A stretch of DNA of 61,539 bases from Candidatus Limnocylindria bacterium (GTDB taxonomy: Bacteria > Chloroflexota > Limnocylindria > Limnocylindrales > CSP1-4), in assembly GCA_035513775.1 (NCBI GenBank), contig DATKBR010000007.1:1-61539 (forward strand). The letters are read 5' to 3'. A program made the position numbers and the translations under genes. Below are positions 9,801-17,230 of this stretch, one piece after another; the stretch's first letter is position 1, and every line of letters begins with the position of its first letter. The notes beneath the pieces were generated by a model. That model saw only the letters and a program-made list of their open reading frames with translations, made no database searches and had not been told where the DNA came from.

Positions 9801-12513
9801 TGTCGGAGGCCACGGCCCGCAGATGGCTGCGCTTCGAGATCCCCGCGCGCCGCGGCAGGAGGCCCGAGGCGACCGGGAGGGCCGCCGGGATGAGCCACGC
9901 GAGCAGGACGAACGCCGTCCACGCAAGCGCCGATACCGACGGCAGCGTCCACGCGGCAACCAGGGTGGCGAGCGTCAGCGGTGCCGAGAGGGTGCGCCGG
10001 AGGTTGTCGAGCATCTTCCAGCGGGCGATGCCGGGGAGCCGGCCGCGCGTCGGCCGCCCGCGAGCGTCCCGCGACCGCCCGAGGATCCAGGGCAGGAGCT
10101 GCCAGTCGCCCCGGGCCCAGCGATGCTGGCGCGTCGCCGACTCGAGGTAGTTGGAGGGAAACTCCTCGAACAGTTCGACGTCGGTCACCAGGCCTGCCCG
10201 GGCGAACGTGCCTTCGAAGAGATCGTGGCTCAGGAGCGCGTTCTCGGGGACCCGTTCGCCAAGCGCCTGCTCGAACGCGTCGATGTCATAGATGCCCTTT
10301 CCCGTATAGCTCCCTTCCGCGAAAAGATCCTGATAGACATCGGACACCGCGGACGCGTAGGGGTCGATGCCCGCCGGTCCGGACGACGTGCGCTGAAACG
10401 GCGAGGCGTTCCGCTCGGCCGGCAGCGTTGGCGTGATCCGCGGCTGGAGAATGCCGTAGCCGCGCGTTACGCGGCCGGTGTGCGTGTCCAGTCCCGGCCG
10501 GTTCAGCGGGTGCGCGATGGTACCCACCAGCCGGGAGACGGCCCCGCGCGGTACGCGGGTGTCCGCGTCCAGCGTGAGGACGTAGCGGACGCCTGAGGGC
10601 GGCACGGAGGCGGGCAGCGGAGAGGTCAGGTAATCCGTTTGAGTGGACCCGCGAAGCAGCGCGTTCAGCTCGTGGAGCTTGCCGCGCTTCCGCTCCCAGC
10701 CCATCCACAGGCCCTCACCCTCGTTCCAGCGACGGCGTCGATGGAACAGGAGAAACCGCGCACCTCCACCGGGGGCGTCGCCGTGCCGCTCGTTGAGCAC
10801 GTCGATGCCGGAGGCAGCAGCCGAGAGGAGGTCGTCGTCGTCGTCGATGTGCTCGGTCGGCGCGTCGCGCCAGTCCGACAGCAGCGCGAATCGCAGATCT
10901 CCATCGGGATTGCTCAGGTAGTGGATCTCGAGGTTACGGAGCTGCTCCTCGACATCGGCCTCGGTCATCAGGAGAGTCGGCATGGCCACGAGGGTCCGCA
11001 TCGAGGTCGGGACGCCGTCCTTGAGCTCGAGCCTGGCGAACTTTGCTGGTCCAACCGCTCCGGACGCGACCCTGTTTACGAGCGCGATCGCCAGATCCGA
11101 TGCGGGTCCCAGCGCCAGAGCGCCCAGGATGAGGATCGCCGGCCATGGCGCCCCGGCCGCCCCGAGGACGAGCTCCAGCGCGACGATCGAGGCGGTTGCC
11201 AGGACGATCGCCCCGATGTACAGGCGCGCCGATCCGGCGGCCCGCCGGACGCGCTCCGGGAATCGCTCGCGAACCCCGAGGGATCGGGCGAACCGGCGCC
11301 GGCCCTGGCCAATGAGGTGATATCCGGGATCGGCCCGGCGCTCCCGCTCGGAGGCGGAGGCGGGGCTTACGCCTGGGGCGGTTGTCGCCTGCGCGGCCGC
11401 GCGGCCGGCGGCGACCGCAGCGCGGGCGACATCGACCTCCGACGCGCCCGTGGCTCGAGCCAGCTTCTCCACGGCGTGGCGATATCTGTCGCGCGTGGCG
11501 AAGTCCATTTCGGCGAAGACGTCGTGCTCGCCGAGGGCAGCGTCGACCAGGCCCGTGCTCTCGACGAACGAGGCCCAGTCGAACCACGAGAGGAGCCGCA
11601 TGCTCGTGATCACGTTCCGGACGGTCACGTTCATCTCGGCCTGAAGCTGGTGCTCGAGGCGCACAGTCTCCTCGGCCGTGGTGCCTTCGGCGGCGAGGCG
11701 CTCCTCGAGCCAGCGGAGGGCGGGCGTCGTGGCCGGGTCCTGGTCGCGCAGGCGTTGGAAGAGCTGGACCCGCGCCGCAGTGGGCAGCTGCGCGTCAGTC
11801 AGCCGCGCCAGGGCCTTCGCCGCATCCTCGGGCTGGCCTGGCCCCAGGCCCAGCAGGTCATCCGCGACCTTGTCGGCGGTCTCGCGTGCCGCCCGGCCCC
11901 TTACGATCCGCTCGGCAGTGCGGCGCAGGTTCTCCACCAGGACGATGCGCAGGCTGATCGCGATCGCCCACAGCTCGCCGATCGTGAGGTGCTCGACTCG
12001 CTGGTAGGCGTTGACCATCCGCCGCAGGCTCTCCGCATCGAACCGGCTGTCCGTGTGCGCGACATAGGCCCAGGCGATGCCCAGGACCCGTGGATATCCC
12101 GCGAGGTGACCCTCCGCCAGCTTCGGGAGCTCGCGGTAGTAGTTGTCAGGCAGGTCGTCGCGAATCTCGCGCAGCTGCTCATCGACGACGTGGAAGTTGT
12201 CGATGAGCCATTCGGCAGCAGGGGTGATCGAGCGCTCTTCCCGGATGGTCCTGGCCAGGATCCGGTACGCGTCCAGGAGCACGCGGCCATTGTTCGAGAG
12301 CCTGGGAAGGATCGGTCGACCGGCACGGGGTTGGTTGGTGACGCGCTGGGCCGCGGCCAGCGATTCCGCATGCTGCTCGAGACGCTCGACACTGAACAGC
12401 TCGGCGACGATCGGCGCCTCGGCATCATCGGGCGCGTCCGGCGGCCTGCGGCCCGACAGCCGACCGATGGGCCGCCCGCCGCGGTCCCCGGAAAGACGGG
12501 TCGGGGCCCTCAG
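3811..12513 (-). CDS. ndvB: Cyclic beta-1,2-glucan synthase (Cgs/NdvB family: GT84 + GH189-type transglycosylase + GH94 phosphorylase); start uncertain
   Basis: GWERKRGKL, DADT, SHDLFEG, HRWARGDWQ (GT84); YDLLASEARLAS, SWSGSMFEYLMP, WGISES; PWLNVIAN, YGFRDQLQD, GDWNDGMN, ENGGQYTHG, WYTGSAGW (GH94). Frame is open to 12561; the conserved PIVAELFSVERLEQHAESLA lies upstream of the first GTG at 12282. Confidence 0.93.
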   Translation of the reverse strand: MRAPTRLSGDRGGRPIGRLSGRRPPDAPDDAEAPIVAELFSVERLEQHAESLAAAQRVTNQPRAGRPILPRLSNNGRVLLDAYRILARTIREERSITPAAEWLIDNFHVVDEQLREIRDDLPDNYYRELPKLAEGHLAGYPRVLGIAWAYVAHTDSRFDAESLRRMVNAYQRVEHLTIGELWAIAISLRIVLVENLRRTAERIVRGRAARETADKVADDLLGLGPGQPEDAAKALARLTDAQLPTAARVQLFQRLRDQDPATTPALRWLEERLAAEGTTAEETVRLEHQLQAEMNVTVRNVITSMRLLSWFDWASFVESTGLVDAALGEHDVFAEMDFATRDRYRHAVEKLARATGASEVDVARAAVAAGRAAAQATTAPGVSPASASERERRADPGYHLIGQGRRRFARSLGVRERFPERVRRAAGSARLYIGAIVLATASIVALELVLGAAGAPWPAILILGALALGPASDLAIALVNRVASGAVGPAKFARLELKDGVPTSMRTLVAMPTLLMTEADVEEQLRNLEIHYLSNPDGDLRFALLSDWRDAPTEHIDDDDDLLSAAASGIDVLNERHGDAPGGGARFLLFHRRRRWNEGEGLWMGWERKRGKLHELNALLRGSTQTDYLTSPLPASVPPSGVRYVLTLDADTRVPRGAVSRLVGTIAHPLNRPGLDTHTGRVTRGYGILQPRITPTLPAERNASPFQRTSSGPAGIDPYASAVSDVYQDLFAEGSYTGKGIYDIDAFEQALGERVPENALLSHDLFEGTFARAGLVTDVELFEEFPSNYLESATRQHRWARGDWQLLPWILGRSRDARGRPTRGRLPGIARWKMLDNLRRTLSAPLTLATLVAAWTLPSVSALAWTAFVLLAWLIPAALPVASGLLPRRAGISKRSHLRAVASDSALAANRVALDITILAHAAALMADAIARTLARLLVTRRNMLEWTSASQTKGSLQLDIAGFYRVMAGGVVIALAALVLVATVNPPALPFALPFIVLWLLAPAIARAVSVVPAAAAGRQLSTSEVRELRLLGRRTWRFFEAFVGAEDHWLPPDNYQEEPEPVIAHRTSPTNIGMYLMSILSARDLGWIGTLEAVERMEVCLATVAGLDRHRGHLFNWYDTRELKPLDPRYVSSVDSGNLCAALLVVSAACHEMGERPLPSSAALVGIRDVIDLTRLAAAGAGDGHRNQTLGRHHLAQALERFATAADPIRSSDAMQPDGTWPGDSAWGTQLTALATHARTLADVASAFTAERGDAIGSELVAWTESAVRTIESHARDLELYAVAPDGGDAPAVPGDGGPAGSVIARRLVALADLAQRLFEETDFRFLFDPTRKLFSIGYRVADVSLDPSYYDLLASEARLASFLAIAKGDVPPEHWFRLGRALTPIGRGSALISWSGSMFEYLMPALVMHAPAGSLLDQTYSLVVGRQISYAAERGVPWGISESAFNARDLEQTYQYSSFGIPGLGLKRGLAEDIVIAPYATVLAALVRPDAAVANLVRLGDAGASGRFGLHEALDYTPSRLPEGASVAVVKSYMSHHQGMALAAIDNALNDGAMIRRFHAAPIVQATELLLQERMPRDVLVARPRADEVRSAAEVRVLVPPVLRRFHSPHDQTPRTHLLSNGRYAVMVTAAGSGYSRWGDLAVTRWREDVTSDAWGSYLYVRDAESGAVWSAGHQPSGHEADTYEVRYSEEHAEFSRRDGAIVTDMTVVVSAEHDAEIRRVSLTNLGSRVREIELTSYSEIVLAPHAADVAHPAFQNLFVQTEFAPDISALVATRRPRSSFERQVWAAHVMAVEDSAIGHVQYETDRARFLGRGRSVRSPVSVIDGRPLSNTAGAVLDPIFSLRCRLGLPPGGTAHVIFSTVVAESREDVLDLADKYREGATFERAATLAWTQAQVQLRHLGIEADEAHLFQRLANRILYSDPTLRPAAAVLARNERGAPGLWPHGISGDLPIVLVRIDEEADLDIVRQLLRAHEYWRMKLLDVDLVILNEHAASYAQGLEDALEALVRMSQSALGREHQQGSGRVYVLRGDRLAAEDTRLLQAAARAVVLSRGGSLADQVLRLERPVKTIPRPPRENVRNVEPQAAVARPELELFNGLGGFADAGREYVTVLAPGQATPAPWLNVIANGSFGFQVSESGSGYTWSENSRENKLSPWSNDPVADPVGEAIYVRDDDDGELWTATALPIRAEGSTYVTRHGMGYSRFDHERDGIVLELVQFVPPDDSVKMSVLSIENRSGRARRLSVTAFVEWVLGSDRATSAPHIVTELEPATGALLARNPWNTEFAGRVAFLDLGGRQADWTADRTEFIGRNGALDRPAGLERGHRLGRVAGAGLDPCAALQTSFEIAEGDRTQVIVLLGEARDAGAAADLIRRTRAADPWAKLTAARRRWLDITETVQVRTPDRSMDILLNSWLLYQTVSCRLWARAALYQAGGAYGFRDQLQDVMALTTARADLTRAQLLRAAAHQFTAGDVQHWWHPPSGRGVRTRISDDRLWLPYAASRYLSVTGDGTVLDELVTFLDGPQLRPDQEEAYFQPEVSSESASLFEHCARAIDISLETGAHGLPLIGSGDWNDGMNRVGHEGRGESVWLGWFLHAVIDAFLPVAGARGEVERETRWRAHAKALRQALERHGWDGDWYRRGFFDDGAPLGSAASEECRIDSIAQSWSVLSGAGDPGRARRAMAAVEEYLVHRGDGLVLLFTPPFDRSEADPGYIKGYLPGIRENGGQYTHGAIWSAMAFAELGDGDKAAELFTILNPINHMATRAGVHRYKVEPYVMAADVYAEPAHVGRGGWTWYTGSAGWMYRAGLESILGFKVRGAQLLIEPSIPRSWPGYEITYRHGSSRYEIRVDNPHGVNGRVGAAWLDDQRLDAGAPIPLVDDGATHRVRVLLGQAPA

Positions 12514-12560
12514 CTCACGGTCGCTGCCCGTTGCACCGCCCCCACCCGCTCCACCACCGA

Positions 12561-12566
12561 ATCATA
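12561..12566 (-). promoter_or_regulatory. -10 box TATGAT upstream of cgs
   Basis: TATGAT followed by 6 nt then GTG (12554), the same geometry as other leaderless genes in the window. Confidence 0.55.
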
Positions 12567-12658
12567 CAAGGGGGCGGCGGCGAGTCCGGCGCGCGCGCAT
12601 CTCGATCAGGTAATGGCGCGTCTTGACGGCCGTGGCGATGCCGGCGAGAGAGGATGCG

Positions 12659-13087
12659 TCATCGCGAGGCACTCTCCAGCCTGCGGATGGAGGCGAGGAC
12701 CTCGTCCACGACGCGAGCAAGCGGCGCGTACGGCAGTTCAAGCCGGATCGTGGCTGACTCCGTGAGCATGGGGTTGTAGGGCGCGCCGCTCCCCGTCTGG
12801 GCGCGCAAATCGGTCCGGACGAGGAGGATCGGCTTCTTGCCGTACGCGTAGCCGCACTCCCAGGCGGTACCCGAGTCGGGATCCGGGCCGTCCATGACCG
12901 CCACGAGCGCGTCGGCCCAGTCGATGCCCCCGACGTCTGTGCTGAAGATGCTTGACGCGTCCTTGCCCTGCTCCTGGTCCTGCGGCAGGAAGACCTCGTG
13001 TCCCCTGTCGCGGAGGGCCGTCGCGAGCTCGTCGTTCCAGGCCCGTTCCGCGGACGTGAATAGCGGGCCTGCGAAGTAGAGCTTCAT
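12659..13087 (-). CDS. Nucleoside 2-deoxyribosyltransferase / nucleotide N-glycosidase family protein
   Basis: MKLYFAGPLFT...FLPQ...D.GGIDWADALVAVMDG..PDSGTAWECGYAYG motif set. Confidence 0.9.
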   Translation of the reverse strand: MKLYFAGPLFTSAERAWNDELATALRDRGHEVFLPQDQEQGKDASSIFSTDVGGIDWADALVAVMDGPDPDSGTAWECGYAYGKKPILLVRTDLRAQTGSGAPYNPMLTESATIRLELPYAPLARVVDEVLASIRRLESASR

Positions 13088-13192
13088 CGTGGCAAGTATT
13101 GCCGAGTCGGCTACGACGTCGTCTGCTGCCGCCATCCCGGTGCCAGGGCCGCTCGCCCCGAGCCGAGCGGCGTGCCAAGACCAGGCGGCCGC

Positions 13193-14149
13193 TCAGGTGG
13201 CCTCGAGCGGCCTGCAGTGTTTCTGCTGCTCCTCCGTGGACGAACGCAGCCGCGTCGCGATGTAGTGGTCGGCGGCTTCCCTGACATATTGGCGGTGGCT
13301 GTCGGGGATGAACGTCGCCGCGTCGCGCTCCCAGCCGGCGACGCACTGCGCTTTGTCGGCGTCCGATCTGCCGCAGGCGACGAGATTGTTGAACGCGGTT
13401 TTCCAGGTGAGGAAGTCGGCCCGGCTCATTGCCGGCCCGTGCCCGGGGATGAGGGTTTGGAACGGCACCTTCTCGACCTCGTCCAGTGCCTTGCGCCACC
13501 CTCCCGGGCAGGCAGTGTCCATGAATGGCACGAGGTCGACCACCAGGTCACCGACGATCGCCAGCTTCGCCTTGGGGTCGTAAACCCACAGGTCCGCTTC
13601 TGTCGCCGCGAACGGCGCGACCCGGATGTCGAGTGTCCGGCCCGCGATGCTCATTCGGCCCGAGCGCAGCACCGGCCGCGTCGGCCGCAGCGTGTCGGGA
13701 TTCTCGATGCGGTGCCGCCCGCGCAGCAGCTGCGCCTTCTGCTCCGGTGGCGTCTTGGGGTCTGAAAGCACCTTGTCAGCCTGCGCCCGGTTACGGCCGA
13801 GAAAGCCGGCCAGGGCGCCCTCGATCGCGGTCGTCGCATAGACATGGGCGTCCGGATAAGCCTCGCTGATATCGAGATTGCCGGTGGTGTGGTCGAGGTG
13901 CCAGTGGCTGTTGATGATGGCGGCGATCGGCCGCCCCCTCTCCCGGGCGTAGGCGATCAGCTTGGCGGAGTGCTCGGGATGACGGCCGGTGTCAACCAGG
14001 ATCAGGCCCCGTGGCGCCTCGAGGAAGATGCTGTTGCCGTCCGGCCCCTTGTCGAGCAACACCGAGCCCGGGACCAGGTGGAAGGCCTCGCCCGGATGTC
14101 GGCCATCAAGGTCAGCACCATTCGTCGGAACGGGCCTTTCACGTGCCAA
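13193..14149 (-). CDS. MBL-fold metallo-hydrolase (start uncertain; TTG 14149 or ATG 14200)
   Basis: PDGNS, VDTG, SHWHLDHTTG, GDL, IPGHG motifs; TTG 14149 has GGAG upstream and lies just before the upstream gene's stop. Confidence 0.85.
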   Translation of the reverse strand: MARERPVPTNGADLDGRHPGEAFHLVPGSVLLDKGPDGNSIFLEAPRGLILVDTGRHPEHSAKLIAYARERGRPIAAIINSHWHLDHTTGNLDISEAYPDAHVYATTAIEGALAGFLGRNRAQADKVLSDPKTPPEQKAQLLRGRHRIENPDTLRPTRPVLRSGRMSIAGRTLDIRVAPFAATEADLWVYDPKAKLAIVGDLVVDLVPFMDTACPGGWRKALDEVEKVPFQTLIPGHGPAMSRADFLTWKTAFNNLVACGRSDADKAQCVAGWERDAATFIPDSHRQYVREAADHYIATRLRSSTEEQQKHCRPLEAT

Positions 14150-15008
14150 CGAGGTACTCCGCCAATGCCTCCCGGGCGCCGCCAATAATCGGGTCCCCAT
14201 GCCCCGGTAGCAACGTGTCGAAGGACAGGCCGGCCAGGATGCCGACCGATGCTTGCGTCTGCGGAACATCCTCGCTTGTGCCAAGCAGAATGAACCCATG
14301 GCCTTCGCCATAGTTGATGGCGTCACCGACGACGAGAACGCCCGCAGCCTCGTCGTGAACGGCAATGTGGCCCGGTGTGTGACCGGGCGTCGGGATGATT
14401 GCGAGGTCCATGACTCGATCACCGGCACCAACCGGCACGATCGGGCGCGGAGAGGCGATGTGCGGGATGTCCGCGGCTCCAGCGAAGACGACGGCATCAG
14501 TGGCCCGCTCCAGCGCGGAGGACAGCCCCACCCAGTGATCGGGGTGCTTATGCGTCACGATCACGGATCCGACAGCAGACCAGCCGAGGCCGACTGCCAT
14601 CAGCGCATCCTCGATCACGCCCGGCACGCACCAGGGTCCAGTGTCGACGACCACTGCCTCGCCGCCTCGGACGAGGACGTAGCCAGACGCTCGCTGGTTC
14701 CCTATTCGGGCCCAGGGCATCGCGTTTGGCGCTGCGCTGCCTGACGGCACCTGGGATGCCGGCGGGGACGGCAGGTCGCTTTCGCACCAGAACGCCTCGA
14801 TCTCGTCGAGATTGCCCACGTACGTAAGCGGGTCGAAGCTCCGAGGCCGGCCTACGGTCCCAGATGGGCCGAGTGTCGAAACCGGGCCGACGGTCCCAAC
14901 CGGACCGCGAGCACAGCCAGCCAGCCAGATGACCGTCAGCGCGAAGGCCCCGTGTCCGAGGTCGCGCAAGAACGTCCGCCGGCTCATGACCCTGGTCGAC
15001 GAGGTCAT
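14139..15008 (-). CDS. Tat-exported lipoprotein, MBL-fold metallo-hydrolase
   Basis: SRRTFL twin-arginine motif, LAGC lipobox, THKHPDH, TPGHTPGH, VGDA, LPGHG. Confidence 0.88.
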   Translation of the reverse strand: MTSSTRVMSRRTFLRDLGHGAFALTVIWLAGCARGPVGTVGPVSTLGPSGTVGRPRSFDPLTYVGNLDEIEAFWCESDLPSPPASQVPSGSAAPNAMPWARIGNQRASGYVLVRGGEAVVVDTGPWCVPGVIEDALMAVGLGWSAVGSVIVTHKHPDHWVGLSSALERATDAVVFAGAADIPHIASPRPIVPVGAGDRVMDLAIIPTPGHTPGHIAVHDEAAGVLVVGDAINYGEGHGFILLGTSEDVPQTQASVGILAGLSFDTLLPGHGDPIIGGAREALAEYLVGT

Positions 15009-15014
15009 GGCGCG

Positions 15015-15020
15015 AGCGTA
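15015..15020 (-). promoter_or_regulatory. -10 box TACGCT, leaderless geometry
   Basis: 6 nt upstream of ATG 15008. Confidence 0.5.
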
Positions 15021-15136
15021 AGCCCTCGACGTCACAAGGGAAGCCCTGAAGTTGGCGCCCCCGGACGGACTCTAGGGCACGGGAGCAAACGGCTAGTGAC
15101 CCGTTCCGCCTGTCGTGGTTCGCCTCAGGTTGAGCC

Positions 15137-15514
15137 CTACTTGGCTGCGCGCTCCGCCTTGTGGCGCTCGCGGGCTTCTGCCTCGGCGTTGTGGTAGCGA
15201 TTGCGTGCGTCCGTCTCGTCGGCCTCTGTGGCAGCGACCGCCACATCAGACTCGGCCAACCGATCGCCCCGCTCTTGGTTGGCGAAGGCGCGGGCACGGC
15301 TCGCCGCCTCCCGTGCTAGGCGCGCGGCGCGCTCGGCGTGGCTCGCGGCTTCCTCGGCCACCACGGCGATGTCGTCGGCCGCCTCCAGATCGCGGTCCGC
15401 GCGCTCGACGGAAGCCTTAGCTAGCTCGGCAAGCCTCGCGGCCAACTTAGCGGCACGGGTGGCTTCGCGCCATTGCTCCAGCAGTTCGCCTGTGGTCATA
15501 CGTTCCTCGAACAT
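15137..15514 (-). CDS. Ala/Glu/Arg-rich coiled-coil hypothetical protein
   Basis: Helical composition (ELLEQWREATRAAKLAARLA...), GC-rich codon use; start 15514 or 15499. Confidence 0.7.
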   Translation of the reverse strand: MFEERMTTGELLEQWREATRAAKLAARLAELAKASVERADRDLEAADDIAVVAEEAASHAERAARLAREAASRARAFANQERGDRLAESDVAVAATEADETDARNRYHNAEAEARERHKAERAAK

Positions 15515-15687
15515 TCGCCAAGCGTGACCGCCACAAGGTAACAGGCCGTGGCTCACGCTCCGGCCAATCCATCGCAAGGGCGACCCCATCGGATAGGCCG
15601 CAGATAAGCGGCCCGCGCTACGGTGCGCCCGGCCCCGCTCCGCGTGTCGGCCGCGTCACCGGTGCAAGACCGGCAGCGTCGGGGCCA

Positions 15688-15921
15688 ACCGGAGCGTGGA
15701 CGCTGCTGGTCGCGGCTTCGATCGTCTCGACGAGTGTCCTCCCCGGGTGGCTCGGAATCATCGGGATCCCGATCGGCGCCGCCCTCCTCCTCGGAACGCT
15801 CGAGTTCGTCGGCCCGAACAAGGAGCACGGATGGGCCTTCGCTGGTGCGATCGTCCCGATCGCCTACGTCGCATGGTCGGTCTGGCTCATCGGCCTTGGA
15901 GTCGCCCTGCTCGTGAGGTAG
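15688..15921 (+). pseudogene. C-terminal stub of a DUF4386-like membrane protein (not in ORF track)
   Basis: Manual translation TGAWTLLVAASIVSTSVLPGWLGIIGIPIGAALLLGTLEFVGPNKEHGWAFAGAIVPIAYVAWSVWLIGLGVALLVR*; no in-frame start found in the ~100 nt read upstream. Confidence 0.6.
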
Positions 15922-16034
15922 CCGCGCTGTGGACCAGCGCCGATACCCAGTATCTGAACGCGACCGCACCGGCGTAGAATGAGTGCAGTTCTTGATAGAG
16001 ATCCCATCGAGGACCGCGCACCGAGGGCGCCCGA

Positions 16035-16814
16035 GTGGCCGACCAGCCGATCAGTGGCGAGACCGAGGCGCGACGCGCCCTCGTGCTGCACGACCAGGCG
16101 CTGGTCGTCGACCTCATCGAGTTGACGCTCAACCATGGCGTCTTCCACGTGCGCGCGGCGCGCGACCTCGCGGGAGCGTCGGTCATCCTCGCCGAGTGGC
16201 AGCCGCATCTCGCGGTCGTCGACATGGACCACGACGACAGCACGGCGCTACTCGGTCGGCTGGGGGCTGAAAACCGCCTGACCAAGCGGACGACGCCGGC
16301 GCTTGGGCTGACGCGCCGCGGCGATCTCAAGAACAAGCTCCGCGCGTTCGACCTGGGCGTCGATGACATCCTGACTGTGCCCTTCTCGCCCGAGGAACTG
16401 CTCGCACGGGCGATCGTGATCACTCGGCGCGCGACGGGATCCAGCGTGCCGCTCGTCCCGACGATCAAGATCGGCGAGATCGAGGTCGACATCCTCGGGC
16501 GCGAGGTCCGGACCGGGAACTCGGTGATCCACCTCTCCGGCATCGAGCAGAGCCTCCTGTACCTGCTCGCGAGCCGGGCGGGCCGGGTCGTGACGCGGGA
16601 CGAGATCCTCGACGTAATCTGGGGCACCGACTTCGTGGCCGAGAGCAACATCGTGGACCGGCACATCCGGAGCCTGCGGATCAAGCTCCAGAACGACTAC
16701 CGGCGTCCGCGGTTCATCGCGACCGTCCCGGGCCAGGGGTACCGGTTCATGCCGACCTTCACGAACGCGGGCTGGGACGGCTCGCCCGCGTCGCCCGACA
16801 CCCGGCCGCACTGA
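16035..16814 (+). CDS. OmpR-family response regulator with atypical receiver
   Basis: Receiver (VVDM, GLT) plus winged helix (RVVTRDEILDVIWG...SNIVDRHIRSLRIKL...FIATVPGQGYRF); conserved Lys replaced (DILTVPF). Confidence 0.9.
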   Translation: MADQPISGETEARRALVLHDQALVVDLIELTLNHGVFHVRAARDLAGASVILAEWQPHLAVVDMDHDDSTALLGRLGAENRLTKRTTPALGLTRRGDLKNKLRAFDLGVDDILTVPFSPEELLARAIVITRRATGSSVPLVPTIKIGEIEVDILGREVRTGNSVIHLSGIEQSLLYLLASRAGRVVTRDEILDVIWGTDFVAESNIVDRHIRSLRIKLQNDYRRPRFIATVPGQGYRFMPTFTNAGWDGSPASPDTRPH

Positions 16815-17230
16815 CCTGCGCACCGGGAGGCTCGGCCTTGCCGCCCCGACCGTGCTGACGCGCCGTGATGGCGCAACGGCGCCGGATCCCACGCGGTCGC
16901 GGCGGCACCGCGGCCCCTCCTCCCGCTCACGGGGCACGCGCGCTCCGCGGTCGTGACCGTCCTCATCGTGCTCGGTTCTCGCGCCGCAGGCTGCGGACCC
17001 GTCGACGCCGGCATGACATCAAGTCATGACCCCTTAGCTCGGCACGACCATGCTCATCTCCAGGCGCCCTCGATGCCAAGGGGTCGACTCGAAAGGAAGG
17101 TCATCTCCCGTGCCGAACGTGAAGTTGCGACTCGACGCCTGTGGAGCCTCACCCGCCCGGTGGTCGCAGGGGTGAGATCCGTCAAGCAGGTCCACTGTGG
17201 ATCCCTTCAGTCCCTCGGGAGTCGGCGCCC

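Noticed and set aside
10639-12765. 708-aa plus-strand ORF and many other long ORFs (8278..9705, 22326..23879, 30056..32200, 37883..40333, 56772..59840, 59861..61006)
   Set aside because: Antisense shadows of well-supported genes; expected at about 70% GC, and no motifs
17040-17230. Possible c-di-GMP riboswitch before the GGDEF gene (GAAA loop)
   Set aside because: The flanks of GAAA do not pair and the GCAAA/GYAAA elements are not in the right arrangement
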